Assembly (NCBI GenBank): GCA_964639295.1 | Contig: CAZXDT010000004.1 | Span: forward strand, 11,096 to 75,095 | Origin: an uncultured Candidatus Saccharibacteria bacterium | GTDB lineage: Bacteria; Patescibacteriota; Saccharimonadia; Saccharimonadales; JALRHH01 | Reading direction: 5' to 3' | DNA: 64,000 nt | In this document: positions 19,054 to 28,891 of the stretch, one piece after another | Layout: each line of letters opens with the position of its first letter | How positions within the stretch are numbered: position 1 is the first letter of the stretch | Program-made: the position numbers and the translations under genes | Notes under the pieces: generated by a model | Seen by the model: the letters and a program-made list of their open reading frames with translations, nothing else | Database searches by the model: none | What the model was told of the DNA's origin: nothing

Positions 19054-19965
19054 TTACGGACGAGCCTTGTCTGCTGAATTAAACATATCAAGTTTACTCT
19101 CTACGACGGCCTGTACTGCTTCAACAACCGTATCCATGAGTTTAACCACGGCATACTCTGTTGGGTTGTCCGCCAGAACCTGCTCAAGTGTCTTGCGGTA
19201 TGCCACACGCATGTCGGAGTTAATATTTATCTTGGTGACACCAATTTTCACAGCATCAACAAAGTAATGACCAGGGGTACCACTGCCACCATGCAGACTA
19301 ATATTGCAATCAATGGCATTTCTAATCTGTTGGAGTAACTCAATATCAAGTTTTTTGGGCACCGGATAGCTACCATGCAGGTTGCCTACCGCGGCGGCAA
19401 AAGTATCAATACCCGTTGCCTCAACGAAAGCCCGCGCGCCTTCTGGAGTACTAAAGGTCTTCTTGATCTCGTTGTAATCAATCGCCTCTTTATGAACATT
19501 GGAAGAACCACCAAAGTAATGCGGCTCACTTTCTACCATTGCCCCGGTAAGAGTCGCATAATTAACAACTTGCTTTGTCTCAGCAATAATTTCCTCTACA
19601 GTAGCATCTTTGCGTGCCTGGCTAATATCAATGTGTATAAATTCAAATCCGGCTTCGATACCAGCGATTGCACCAGCGATAGTGGGACTATGGTCGAGGT
19701 TGATATATATTTCAACACCAAACTCAGCCTTATAGTTGTCTACCATATCACGCACGTTATCTATACCAAGAGCGTCTACTTCACCCTGACTAATTTCCAC
19801 GAGGAGCGGGGCCTTTTTATTAGCCGCTGCTCGGACTACGGCCTTCAATGTCTCTTGGTTATCAAGGTTGAACGCACCAAGCGCAAAATGCTCTGCTCGA
19901 GCACGAGCCATGGCGTTGCGAGCGTCCTCACAGTTTTTCCGTATCTGTTTTAGGCTCAATGACAT
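19054..19965 (-). CDS. fba: Class II fructose-bisphosphate aldolase
   Basis: 303 aa with LDHSPT and SLHGGSGTP zinc-aldolase motifs. Confidence 0.9.
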   Translation of the reverse strand: MSLSLKQIRKNCEDARNAMARARAEHFALGAFNLDNQETLKAVVRAAANKKAPLLVEISQGEVDALGIDNVRDMVDNYKAEFGVEIYINLDHSPTIAGAIAGIEAGFEFIHIDISQARKDATVEEIIAETKQVVNYATLTGAMVESEPHYFGGSSNVHKEAIDYNEIKKTFSTPEGARAFVEATGIDTFAAAVGNLHGSYPVPKKLDIELLQQIRNAIDCNISLHGGSGTPGHYFVDAVKIGVTKININSDMRVAYRKTLEQVLADNPTEYAVVKLMDTVVEAVQAVVESKLDMFNSADKARP

Positions 19966-19966
19966 T

Positions 19967-20953
19967 TTATTCCTTATTCTTTTTATCCATTAACTCATGG
20001 GCGGCGATGGCTAGGTGTTTACCTGTCAGACCAAAGTGGTGCATCAATTCGTCGGGTTTGCCTGATTCACCAAATCTATCGCGCATACCGATGCGTTTCA
20101 TGATTGTCGGAGCTTCTTCAGAAAGTAACTCTGCAACTGCTCCGCCAAGCCCGCCATTGATTTGAGCCTCTTCGGCTGTAATAACAGCGCCTGTTTTATG
20201 TACGCTCTTGAGAATGGTTACGGCATCCAGCGGTTTAATAGTTGGACAGTGTACGACTTCAGCATCGATGCCGTCTTTGAACAGCATTTCTGCGGCAACT
20301 AACGCGTGATATGTCATGGTACCGGTGCTTATAATTGTGACATCAGCACCCTCGGCCAATACGTAAGCTTTGCCGATTTCAAATGGAGTTTTATCAGTTG
20401 TAATGATTGGTGTAGCTTCACGTGCTAAGCGCAAGTAGGCTGGTCGTTTATCGACAGCAAGCGCCAGGGTAGCCTTCTCTGCTTCAACACTATCGCCAGG
20501 AGCAATCACGATCATATTAGGTAATGCGCGCATAAGGGCGATGTCTTCAAGCATCTGGTGTGTTGCGCCATCAGGTCCAACAGAAACACCTGCATGCGAA
20601 CCAACTATTCTTACAGGACGATCATTCAAACAGATAGTCGTACGAATCTGTTCCCAGTTTCGTCCTGGGCTAAATGCTGCGTAACTACTAACAAACGGTA
20701 TTTTGCCCATAGCAGCCATCCCAGAACCAACGGTTACGAGGTTTTGCTCAGCCACACCAATTTCTACAAATCGGTCCGGAAATTCGTTCTTAAATAAGTG
20801 CATCTGGGTAGATTCAGTCAAATCAGCACAAGCGGCCACGACATTCTCGTCCCGCTTACCAGCCTCCAATAACCCACGCCCGAACCCCTTACGAATTGGC
20901 TCCGCCGGCAAATCCTTAGCCAAGATATCTGGTACCAAGTGCATATTACTCAT
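19967..20953 (-). CDS. Transketolase, C-terminal (pyrimidine-binding) subunit
   Basis: 328 aa with EIGVAEQNLV and the transketolase C-terminal domain. This is one half of a split gene. Confidence 0.9.
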   Translation of the reverse strand: MSNMHLVPDILAKDLPAEPIRKGFGRGLLEAGKRDENVVAACADLTESTQMHLFKNEFPDRFVEIGVAEQNLVTVGSGMAAMGKIPFVSSYAAFSPGRNWEQIRTTICLNDRPVRIVGSHAGVSVGPDGATHQMLEDIALMRALPNMIVIAPGDSVEAEKATLALAVDKRPAYLRLAREATPIITTDKTPFEIGKAYVLAEGADVTIISTGTMTYHALVAAEMLFKDGIDAEVVHCPTIKPLDAVTILKSVHKTGAVITAEEAQINGGLGGAVAELLSEEAPTIMKRIGMRDRFGESGKPDELMHHFGLTGKHLAIAAHELMDKKNKE

Positions 20954-21803
20954 GTTCGCTCCGGATTTTGCCTTTTAGAGTGCGGAGCTCTTTGAGCGCA
21001 ACTACTGCTTGTTCGTGATTTGGTGGAGCGCCGTGCCAGTGGAAATCATATTCCATGAAGTCGACACCCTTGCCTGGCACTGTGTAGGCGATGATCATGA
21101 CTGGCTTTTCAACAACTGCACGGCCCATAGCGCAGGCATCAATAACTTCTTCAATGTTATTACCATCAATTTCTATCACATGCCAACCAAATGACTCCCA
21201 TTTTGCCTTCAGATCACCAAGTGGCATCACTGTCTCTGTCGGACCATCAATTTGAATATTATTGCGGTCAGTGATGGCAATAATGTTGTTGAGCTTGTAT
21301 TTACTAGCCAGCATTGCGGCTTCCCAGACATTGCCCTCGTCCTGCTCGCCATCGCCCATAACGGTATATATCCAACGGTGGTGATCCTTGTTCATACGCA
21401 TAGCAAGCGCCATACCAGCGGCTTGGCTGAGGCCGGACCCAAGTGGACCACTCGTATTCTCGAGTCCTGGTAATTTAGTACGCTCTGGGTGCCCCTGCAG
21501 GCGTGAACCAAATTGGCGTAGTGTCATAAGTTCTTTCACATCAAAATAGCCAGCATGAGCCATGGATGTGTACTGCACAGGTACACAGTGCCCGTTACTG
21601 AGAAGCAAAATGTCACGTTGATCCCAATCCGGATTCTTTGGGTCGTGTTTCAGGACATCAAAGTACAGCGCCGTGAAGATATCAGCCAGGCCTAATGGAC
21701 CCGCGCTATGGCCACTGCCAGCATGCTCTAAAGCCTTAATAATGTCCTGACGGATGTCGTTGGCTTTGAGTTCTAATTGCTCAAGTGTTAGTTTAGTCTT
21801 CAT
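20946..21803 (-). CDS. Transketolase, N-terminal (thiamine-diphosphate-binding) subunit
   Basis: 285 aa with GHSAGPLG and GDGEQDEGNVWEA motifs. It overlaps the C-terminal subunit gene by 8 nt. Confidence 0.9.
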   Translation of the reverse strand: MKTKLTLEQLELKANDIRQDIIKALEHAGSGHSAGPLGLADIFTALYFDVLKHDPKNPDWDQRDILLLSNGHCVPVQYTSMAHAGYFDVKELMTLRQFGSRLQGHPERTKLPGLENTSGPLGSGLSQAAGMALAMRMNKDHHRWIYTVMGDGEQDEGNVWEAAMLASKYKLNNIIAITDRNNIQIDGPTETVMPLGDLKAKWESFGWHVIEIDGNNIEEVIDACAMGRAVVEKPVMIIAYTVPGKGVDFMEYDFHWHGAPPNHEQAVVALKELRTLKGKIRSEHE

Positions 21804-22443
21804 CTCTGTTTTCTGTTACTGCTAACAGTGTAGCATAAGCAGCTTGTGGGTCCGAGGCTTTTTGGATGAATCCACCGACATTAAGTACGTCTACACCAGC
21901 TTCAATGAGTTGCATAGTATTGTGTTCGTTAATGCCACCATCCCAGCCAATTTCAGCATCTGGATGATGCTCGCGAATTTTGCGTACTTTATCTAGCAAT
22001 CCTAGGTCCGCTTGACCACCGTGATGGCCAAGATTACCACTAAATACCAGCACATGGTCAAAGCTATGCATAATCTGGTAAGCATACTCTACTGGGGTGT
22101 CCTGCAAGATAGCCAAGCCAACCTTTATATCATGCTTGTGCAGTTCGGCAGTGAAATGCATATGATGTACATTTGCTTCGTTATGAATCACCACCATATG
22201 TGGCTTTAGTTTAACAAGTTGGTCGAGCGCACTCATCGGATCTTGGTACATTAAGTGGACATCTACAGTATGGTGATGTGGCAACCAAATATCACCTAGA
22301 TCGGGCGATTTAGTTGGCGCAAAAACACCGTCCATAAGGTCAATATGGATTCGCTTTGCAAATGAAATTTTATGCAGTTGTGTACGATATTCACTCAGAT
22401 CGTAAGCTGTAACCGTTGGACAGATATCCGCCATCTTATGCAC
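21793..22443 (-). CDS. Divergent ribulose-phosphate 3-epimerase-family protein
   Basis: 216 aa with HIDLMDGVFAP and WDGGIN motifs of the Rpe TIM-barrel family. The start could be 22434. Confidence 0.7.
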   Translation of the reverse strand: MHKMADICPTVTAYDLSEYRTQLHKISFAKRIHIDLMDGVFAPTKSPDLGDIWLPHHHTVDVHLMYQDPMSALDQLVKLKPHMVVIHNEANVHHMHFTAELHKHDIKVGLAILQDTPVEYAYQIMHSFDHVLVFSGNLGHHGGQADLGLLDKVRKIREHHPDAEIGWDGGINEHNTMQLIEAGVDVLNVGGFIQKASDPQAAYATLLAVTENRDED

Positions 22444-22888
22444 CAGCTAGATCATCAATTTCTTTAATACGTCTACTGTATCTAGGAGCAGCCCCGAATG
22501 GAGTTGCTAAAAATGTTTCGGCCAATACATTTGCAACGTCTTTCTTAAGTACATCTGCTGGCAAACATAGAATATTCGCATCGTCATCATTACGTGAAGC
22601 TCTGACTGATTCCCGATCGTATCCCAGAAGAGCCCTAATTCCCTTGAATCTATTTGCAGCCATACACATACCTTGACCACTGCCGCATATCAATATTCCA
22701 CGAGCATCATGATCTTCGCTCGATAAAACATCTTTGACGACTTTTTGTGCGTAAACAGGAAAATCATCGGTTGGTTGTAGCTTTTCATCACCATCATCCA
22801 CGACATCATAGCCAGCCCGCCGTAAATACTCTATGAGTGAGTTACGGAGGTGAAATCCGTTATGATCTGCTCCGATGTATATCTTCAT
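22436..22888 (-). CDS. rpiB: Ribose-5-phosphate isomerase B
   Basis: 150 aa with MKIYIGADHNGF and GILICGSGQGM, matching the RpiB/LacAB family. Confidence 0.9.
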   Translation of the reverse strand: MKIYIGADHNGFHLRNSLIEYLRRAGYDVVDDGDEKLQPTDDFPVYAQKVVKDVLSSEDHDARGILICGSGQGMCMAANRFKGIRALLGYDRESVRASRNDDDANILCLPADVLKKDVANVLAETFLATPFGAAPRYSRRIKEIDDLAGA

Positions 22889-22894
22889 GAAATC

Positions 22895-23935
22895 CTACTC
22901 GTGGTGAGGAGTATGGTCTTCTTTTTGGTGTAACATCCGTCCAGTATCAGCTACGACTTCAACCAAACGGTTGCTGTAACCCCACTCATTGTCATACCAA
23001 ACGCACACTTTTATTAAGTTGCCACCAACAACCTTAGTCAGTAAGAGGTCAACTGTCCCAGAGTGGCTATTGCCAATGTAGTCACTGCTAACCAGTGGCT
23101 CTTCGCTCACGGCTAAGATTCCTTGGTAAAATGGCTCTTTGGCTGCCTTCTGGAAGACTGCATTGATCTCTTCAACTGTTACATTCTTCTTCAGAACAGC
23201 GGTGATGTCACTAATAGACACGACTGGGGTTGGTACACGGATACTAATACCGTCAAATTTGTCCTTGAGTTGCGGAAGAGTCAATGTGACCGCTATAGCG
23301 GCTCCTGTAGTGGTCGGGACCATGTTTTCTGCAGCATTACGGCCTTCACGCAAATCCTTGTTTGGTGCGTCCTGGAGAGCCTGGCTGGCAGTATAACTGT
23401 GGACTGTTGTCAGTAGTGATTTCTCAACTCCAAACTCTGACTCTAAGATAGCCATGACCGCACCTAGAGAGTTCGTAGTACAACTTGCGTTACTAATAAC
23501 TTCACTAGCACCAGCAAGCTTGTCATCATTGGCACCTAGAACGATGGTATCAACACCTTCGCTCTTGGTCGGGCCAGATATAACAACACGACGTGCACCA
23601 GCTTTGATGTGCAGCTCAGCATCTTCTTTCTTAGTAAAACGCCCTGTAGATTCAATAACGACATCAACCTTCATGTCACCCCATGGCAATGCAGCAGGAT
23701 CTTTCTCTGCTGTAACCTTGATGGTTTTGCCATTGACGATCAGGTTCGTAGCATCAAAGCTTACTTCGTGTTGGTAAGTACCGTAGTTACTGTCGTGCTT
23801 CAACAGATATGCTAGGGTCTTTGTGTCGGTCAAATCATTAATTGCTACTATTTCTGAATCACTGCGTTCAAACGCAATTTTAAAAGCATTACGGCCAATG
23901 CGCCCAAATCCGTTAATCGCCACCCGTGTTTTCAT
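22895..23935 (-). CDS. gap: Type I glyceraldehyde-3-phosphate dehydrogenase
   Basis: INGFGRIGR and the active site SNASCTTN. I prefer the ATG at 23935 (MKTRVAINGFGRIGR) to the track start at 24022. Confidence 0.95.
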   Translation of the reverse strand: MKTRVAINGFGRIGRNAFKIAFERSDSEIVAINDLTDTKTLAYLLKHDSNYGTYQHEVSFDATNLIVNGKTIKVTAEKDPAALPWGDMKVDVVIESTGRFTKKEDAELHIKAGARRVVISGPTKSEGVDTIVLGANDDKLAGASEVISNASCTTNSLGAVMAILESEFGVEKSLLTTVHSYTASQALQDAPNKDLREGRNAAENMVPTTTGAAIAVTLTLPQLKDKFDGISIRVPTPVVSISDITAVLKKNVTVEEINAVFQKAAKEPFYQGILAVSEEPLVSSDYIGNSHSGTVDLLLTKVVGGNLIKVCVWYDNEWGYSNRLVEVVADTGRMLHQKEDHTPHHE

Positions 23936-24111
23936 GTATTTTCCCTGTTTAGAATTAGTAATGAGGCTTTCGTGTCTTTTTGTAGATAACACGGTGCTTT
24001 TGGCTAGGGCGAAAACTTTCAATTAGCACGAAAGGTAACCATAGTTACCTTGAGGGATAAGTGAGAGTTTGCAGTCAGTCAAAAGTGAAGTGTTGCCACA
24101 CAAAAGATACG

Positions 24112-24129
24112 TAAGCCTTATTCGGCTTA
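24112..24129 (-). terminator. Possible weak terminator after the IMPase-family gene
   Basis: Minus strand TAAGCC-GAATAA-GGCTTA, then CGTATCTTTTG. The stem is short and the T-run is displaced. Confidence 0.35.
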
Positions 24130-24173
24130 TGCTTAAAGTCTACCCTATACGGTATTGTTTCTCAAGAAGAGGA

Positions 24174-24944
24174 TTATATTGTCTCTGTGATAATTTTCAT
24201 TAGATCGTCGAAAACTAAGGTATTTGCCATGAGGACATTATTATTACGAAAATCATACGTATCTGAGCCAAGATTTGCGACACGTCCACCAGCTTCCTTG
24301 AATAGCAGTGCTCTCGGTGCATAATCCCACGGACCACCGCCAGATGTATACAACAACTGTGCATCTACTTTGCCTTCTACAACATACGTAAATTCTCCAA
24401 TAACTCTAAAGCCATTTATATGCGGTGTGACTGCATTCATAATCGAGTTAAAGCCCTGTTGTAGTGGTGGGGCCGAGATATCAAGCCAGGTCCTACCTAG
24501 TGGTCGTTGACTCACACTCACCGGCTTACCATCCTTGAGTGTCCCGTGGCCATCTGAGGCGACAAATAGTTCATCAGTGATTGGTCGATAGACAAATGCA
24601 AAAACTGGCTGACCACCTGCTATCAATGTCACCATATTGCGCACAAAAGGTAGTCCCCGCACAAAGTTCTCCGTACCATCAATCGGATCGATTAGCCAAA
24701 AAGTATCCTCATTGCCAGACTTCCCTAGCTCTTCACCTTCAAAACCGATTGACGGATCAAATGTTGTCAACGCGTCACGCAGTAACTGTTCAAGCTCTTG
24801 GTCATATAGCGTGACCGGAGTGGCATCAGGCTTGATCGATGGATCAATATTGCCGTAAGCATCTAATATCTTAGGGCGATACTGTCTTACAACTTTCTCA
24901 ATACAAACCTGGGCCGCCGCATAAAAATCAGCTGTCTGCTGCAT
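24174..24944 (-). CDS. Inositol monophosphatase-family phosphatase
   Basis: 256 aa with WLIDPIDGTENF and GGGPWDYA motifs. Confidence 0.85.
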   Translation of the reverse strand: MQQTADFYAAAQVCIEKVVRQYRPKILDAYGNIDPSIKPDATPVTLYDQELEQLLRDALTTFDPSIGFEGEELGKSGNEDTFWLIDPIDGTENFVRGLPFVRNMVTLIAGGQPVFAFVYRPITDELFVASDGHGTLKDGKPVSVSQRPLGRTWLDISAPPLQQGFNSIMNAVTPHINGFRVIGEFTYVVEGKVDAQLLYTSGGGPWDYAPRALLFKEAGGRVANLGSDTYDFRNNNVLMANTLVFDDLMKIITETI

Positions 24945-25477
24945 TATTTACTCTGGTTGTAGCGGTCGATGGATTCGGCAATGATTTTCTTGGCAGCATC
25001 CAGGTTGCCCCAACCGTTCACCGTGGTTGAACCAGGCTTCTTGAGGTCTTTGTAGTGGTTGAAGTGGTGTTCAATTTTAAGCTTCCACTGATCATGCAAG
25101 TCATCTATGGACTCAATTGCTTTGCCGACATTTCGGTCGTCCGCAGGTACGATTACAATCTTGTGATCAGCTTCGCCATCATCAGTAAAATCAAGTACAC
25201 CAATTACTTTGCCTTCAAGGTAAACACCAGTTGGGATAGGTTCGTTAGTCAGTACCAATGTGTCGAGTTCGTCACCATCCTCGTCAAGTGTTTGCGGGAT
25301 GAAGCCATAGTTACATGGTTTGGCAAAAATACTTGGTTCAACGCGGTCCAGTTTAAATGCAGCAATTTTGCGATCCCACTCAATTTTGAGCGTAGACCAC
25401 TTTGGAATTTCAATTACAGTGTTCACGGTGCCATTTTGGTAATCACCAGGTGTCAGTACTTGGTTAAAATCAGCCAT
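24944..25477 (-). CDS. ppa: Inorganic pyrophosphatase (family I)
   Basis: 177 aa with NYGFIPQTL.EDGD.LD and DHKI motifs. Confidence 0.95.
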   Translation of the reverse strand: MADFNQVLTPGDYQNGTVNTVIEIPKWSTLKIEWDRKIAAFKLDRVEPSIFAKPCNYGFIPQTLDEDGDELDTLVLTNEPIPTGVYLEGKVIGVLDFTDDGEADHKIVIVPADDRNVGKAIESIDDLHDQWKLKIEHHFNHYKDLKKPGSTTVNGWGNLDAAKKIIAESIDRYNQSK

Positions 25478-25536
25478 TTTTTCTCCTTTTATCAGAAATA
25501 ATCGTCACAAATATTGTACACTAGACAGATAAGATC

Positions 25537-26250
25537 ATGAAAGTAATCGGACATCGCGGAGCGGCTGGACTAGCCCTGGAAAATACACTGGAAAGCATAA
25601 CAGCCGCTAAACTGGCGGGCGTTGATGCTGTTGAGTTCGACGTACGCCTGACCGCGGATGGCGAATTTGTATTGTGCCACGACCACACCCTTGCGCGCGT
25701 CAGTGAACATCAGCACGTAATCAAAGAAGTTGCTGCCGAGCATATCGGCAACATTATTCTCCTGAATGGTGAGAAATTACCAACATTGAGTGAAGCATTA
25801 CTCGCAGCAGGCGAAACTCCCGTTATTATTGAGGCAAAGGGAGCGAACTGGGCCAAGCCGCTTGCTACATTCTTTAAGAAACACAAGCCCACGGACGCAT
25901 CTGTAATTTCATTTAATCACGATGAGCTGGGCAATTTTGCTAAATTAGTACCTGATATCCCTATATACAGCATAGAAAAGACCAAGCCATTCGACGTCAT
26001 CCAGCTAGCTAAACAGAATCGGTTTACCGGAGTAGATATGAATTTCTGGATCCTTAACCCACTAACCTATTACATGGCGAGGCGCAAGAAACTAGATATT
26101 ATTGTATACACTGTTAACTCACGTGCCATCGCTTGGTTTTTGAACTTACTTTTTCCAAAAATCGCCATAACAACCGACAGACCTCACTTAATGCAATTTT
26201 TGAGATCTAACGATAAGAGTACTTTCAAGATACACAAGAAAAAGAAGTAA
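25537..26250 (+). CDS. Glycerophosphodiester phosphodiesterase
   Basis: 237 aa with N-terminal IGHRGAAGLALENTLES and EFDVRLTADGEFVLCHD. Confidence 0.85.
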   Translation: MKVIGHRGAAGLALENTLESITAAKLAGVDAVEFDVRLTADGEFVLCHDHTLARVSEHQHVIKEVAAEHIGNIILLNGEKLPTLSEALLAAGETPVIIEAKGANWAKPLATFFKKHKPTDASVISFNHDELGNFAKLVPDIPIYSIEKTKPFDVIQLAKQNRFTGVDMNFWILNPLTYYMARRKKLDIIVYTVNSRAIAWFLNLLFPKIAITTDRPHLMQFLRSNDKSTFKIHKKKK

Positions 26251-26252
26251 CC

Positions 26253-26957
26253 ATGCAAGCCACTCTCGACCATATTGAAGACATTGCCGAACATATCAAG
26301 ACATTCTGGTTTAAGCCAGAACATGACTTGCGATATGAAGCTGGCCAGTTTGTTGAGTTAGCACTCCCTCATGACAGTCCTGACGACAGGGGCATTCGGC
26401 GTTGGTTTACATTGTCATCATCACCAACCGATAACCTGGTTTCTATTACTACCAAGCTAGCAACTAAGCCAAGTAGCTTCAAGCAATACCTTTTTGCTAT
26501 GAAGCAAGGGGACATAGTCACGATTTCCGATGCAATGGGTGACTTCGTCCTACCAAAGGACAAAAAAGTACCCCTACTCTTTGTCACGGGTGGTATTGGT
26601 GTAACTCCGGCTCACAGTATGGTTAAGTGGCTCGTAGATGCTGCTGAGCAACGTGAAGTACATATCCTCTACGCCGCACACAACGACAACGAGCTAGCTT
26701 TTAAGGGTTTGTTCGATACCTATGCTAAAACAGCTCAATACTTGATTCAGGAGCCCACATCTAGCTGGAGTGGACCTGTCGGTTCCATAACCACTGCAGA
26801 TATCTACAATTTGTCCTCTACGCTTGATAACCCATACATTTACTTGTCTGGTCCCGAGGAAATGGTTGAAGTCTTTTTTGCCGAACTAAAGCAAAAAGGC
26901 GTGAAACCTTCACGCCTCATTACTGATTACTTCCCTGGCTACGCTGGGACAATTTAG
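26253..26957 (+). CDS. FNR-like FAD/NAD(P)-binding oxidoreductase
   Basis: 234 aa with RRWFTLSSSP (RxYS-type FAD motif) and a GGIGVTP nucleotide-binding motif. Confidence 0.75.
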   Translation: MQATLDHIEDIAEHIKTFWFKPEHDLRYEAGQFVELALPHDSPDDRGIRRWFTLSSSPTDNLVSITTKLATKPSSFKQYLFAMKQGDIVTISDAMGDFVLPKDKKVPLLFVTGGIGVTPAHSMVKWLVDAAEQREVHILYAAHNDNELAFKGLFDTYAKTAQYLIQEPTSSWSGPVGSITTADIYNLSSTLDNPYIYLSGPEEMVEVFFAELKQKGVKPSRLITDYFPGYAGTI

Positions 26958-27383
26958 CTACTCAGTTACGACTATCGTACCCTTCATATAAGGGTGTGGA
27001 GTGCAGTGATACGTGAATGTTCCAGTAGTGTTAAATGTCACACTGTAACTTTCGCCTTTTGCTAGTAGGTCACTCGTTTTAAAATCAGCCGTTTCGTCGT
27101 CTGGGGCGATATTGTGCCTAGTTGCGTCCTGGTTAGTCCAGGTAACCTTCGTTCCCTTTTTGACGGTAATAGCACCCGGGCTAAACGCAAAGTCCTTTAT
27201 AGCCACCTTGTCAGTTGCCTCGGCCTTAGTGTTCTGCTGGCTCGTTGTATTAGTGTTAGCTGGCATATTAGACATATCTGAGGTACCAGACGGTGCAGAT
27301 GCTGGTTTCTTCATCACCAGAATACCAACAAGACCAGCTAGAACGACTAGACCAATAACACTGAAAATCACTTTCCTGTTCAT
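26958..27383 (-). CDS. Membrane-anchored cupredoxin (amicyanin/plastocyanin-like blue copper protein)
   Basis: 141 aa with an N-terminal transmembrane helix, a Thr/Ser-rich linker and the type-1 copper ligand pattern H...YHCTPHPYMKG. Confidence 0.8.
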   Translation of the reverse strand: MNRKVIFSVIGLVVLAGLVGILVMKKPASAPSGTSDMSNMPANTNTTSQQNTKAEATDKVAIKDFAFSPGAITVKKGTKVTWTNQDATRHNIAPDDETADFKTSDLLAKGESYSVTFNTTGTFTYHCTPHPYMKGTIVVTE

Positions 27384-27422
27384 GACACTCCCCTATCACT
27401 TATGAAACAAGTATAGCGCTTT

Positions 27423-27842
27423 TTAACGTGCTGAAACGAATTTTTCGAGCGTGGCTATATACATCTGGAGCTGCTCTTTAGATACACCGTCAAGCCATGT
27501 CTCCATAGCTGCATCGAGAGCCTTATTAGCGTCATCAAGTGCCAACTGGCCCTTGCTAGTAATAGTCACTAGACGACTTCTTCTATCGTTGCTTGCAGAT
27601 TTTTGTTTGATAAGTTTAAGCGGCAGGAGCTTATTCACTAAAGCTGTTACCTGAGGTAGTGTCACTTGTAGTGTGTTGGCAATCTCTGACATAGTCAGCC
27701 CTTGGCCCTTACCCTCAGTTACTACACCTAAAAGCAGCCACTCCATCATAGTAATATTGAGCCCCTCTAGGCGCTCTGCAATAATTGCTCGCATTGCCCG
27801 GTCGCTGCGGGCGTGCAACAAGCATATTTCATACATCTTCAT
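27423..27842 (-). CDS. MarR-family transcriptional regulator (OhrR-like N-terminal Cys)
   Basis: 139 aa winged-HTH protein. Cys7 sits in EICLLHARSDRAMR, aligning by eye with the OhrR reactive Cys region. Confidence 0.85.
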   Translation of the reverse strand: MKMYEICLLHARSDRAMRAIIAERLEGLNITMMEWLLLGVVTEGKGQGLTMSEIANTLQVTLPQVTALVNKLLPLKLIKQKSASNDRRSRLVTITSKGQLALDDANKALDAAMETWLDGVSKEQLQMYIATLEKFVSAR

Positions 27843-27864
27843 ACCTTGACTCCAATCTTGTTAC

Positions 27865-27886
27865 CAATCCAGCATGCACTGGATTG
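27865..27886. promoter_or_regulatory. Candidate MarR operator palindrome
   Basis: CAATCCAG-catgca-CTGGATTG: perfect 8-bp arms, 22 nt upstream of the marR start codon. Confidence 0.4.
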
Positions 27887-27908
27887 TACAGGGCGTAAAG
27901 TAAATATC

Positions 27909-28883
27909 TTACACGGCCTGAACTGTTGCGTGAGATTCGTGAGCGGCCTTGTCTTCAATATATTTACGCATAACGAGAGCGGCAGTTGCACCTTCACCAG
28001 TTGCGCTAGCTATTTGCATAGTCGCACCGCTCCTCACATCACCTGCTGCGAATACACCTGGTACACTGGTTTCTAATTGGTTATCGGTCTTAACCATGCC
28101 AATCTCGTCTAATTCAACACCTGAATCCTTAAGAAAACCTGTATTTGGCAACAAACCAATGAACACGAATACTCCGTCAGTCTCAAAGCTAACCTGTTGG
28201 CTAGTAGTCTTGTCTGTCCCGGTAACACTCACCACTTTGCCATCTTGGCCTACAATTTCGTCAGTAACTGTATTGAAGTGGACCGTAATTTTATCTTCGA
28301 ACTTGGTTAATTCATGTTGCAATATTTCAGAAGCGCGCAGACTGTCGCCACGGACCAAAACGTCAATATGAGTAGCAAAACGGGTTAAGAAAATAGCTTC
28401 TTGGATAGCGGAGTTACCGCCACCAACAACTACCAAACGTTTATCACGGTAGAATGCACCATCGCAGGTTGCGCAGTAGTGCACGCCTCGGCCGTAGTAT
28501 TCTGCTTCGCCGGGGATTCCCAATTTCTTGTAGTCACTACCAGTAGCAATAAGCACGGCTTTGGCAAGGATATCACCATCAGTTGTCTCAAGTCGTTTCA
28601 AGTCACCTTCATCAGTGATACTTAACACTTCTCCGAGTCGGATATCAGCACCAAATCGCTCAGCTTGTTTGGTGAGTCCATCAGCCAAGTCAAGCCCGGC
28701 TATACCTTCAGGAAAGCCTGGGTAATTATCAACCCAATCAGTAATAGCCGCGAGACCACCAATAGCACCTTTCTCAAACAGAACAGTGTCCATATCCTCA
28801 CGCGTTGTGTAAATGGCCGCAGTTAATGCAGCAGGTCCCGCACCGATAGCAATAACATCATGAATTTCTGGCTGATCGTTCAT
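27909..28883 (-). CDS. trxB: Thioredoxin-disulfide reductase
   Basis: 324 aa with GAGPAALTAA, the redox centre CATCDG and GGGNSA. Confidence 0.95.
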   Translation of the reverse strand: MNDQPEIHDVIAIGAGPAALTAAIYTTREDMDTVLFEKGAIGGLAAITDWVDNYPGFPEGIAGLDLADGLTKQAERFGADIRLGEVLSITDEGDLKRLETTDGDILAKAVLIATGSDYKKLGIPGEAEYYGRGVHYCATCDGAFYRDKRLVVVGGGNSAIQEAIFLTRFATHIDVLVRGDSLRASEILQHELTKFEDKITVHFNTVTDEIVGQDGKVVSVTGTDKTTSQQVSFETDGVFVFIGLLPNTGFLKDSGVELDEIGMVKTDNQLETSVPGVFAAGDVRSGATMQIASATGEGATAALVMRKYIEDKAAHESHATVQAV

Positions 28884-28891
28884 ACAGTCCT

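Noticed and set aside
23936-24022. N-terminal 29-aa extension of GAPDH (track start 24022).
   Set aside because: MKTRVAINGFGRIGR is the canonical GAPDH N-terminus. The extension has no homology-like features, and an AGGGA Shine-Dalgarno sequence precedes 23935.
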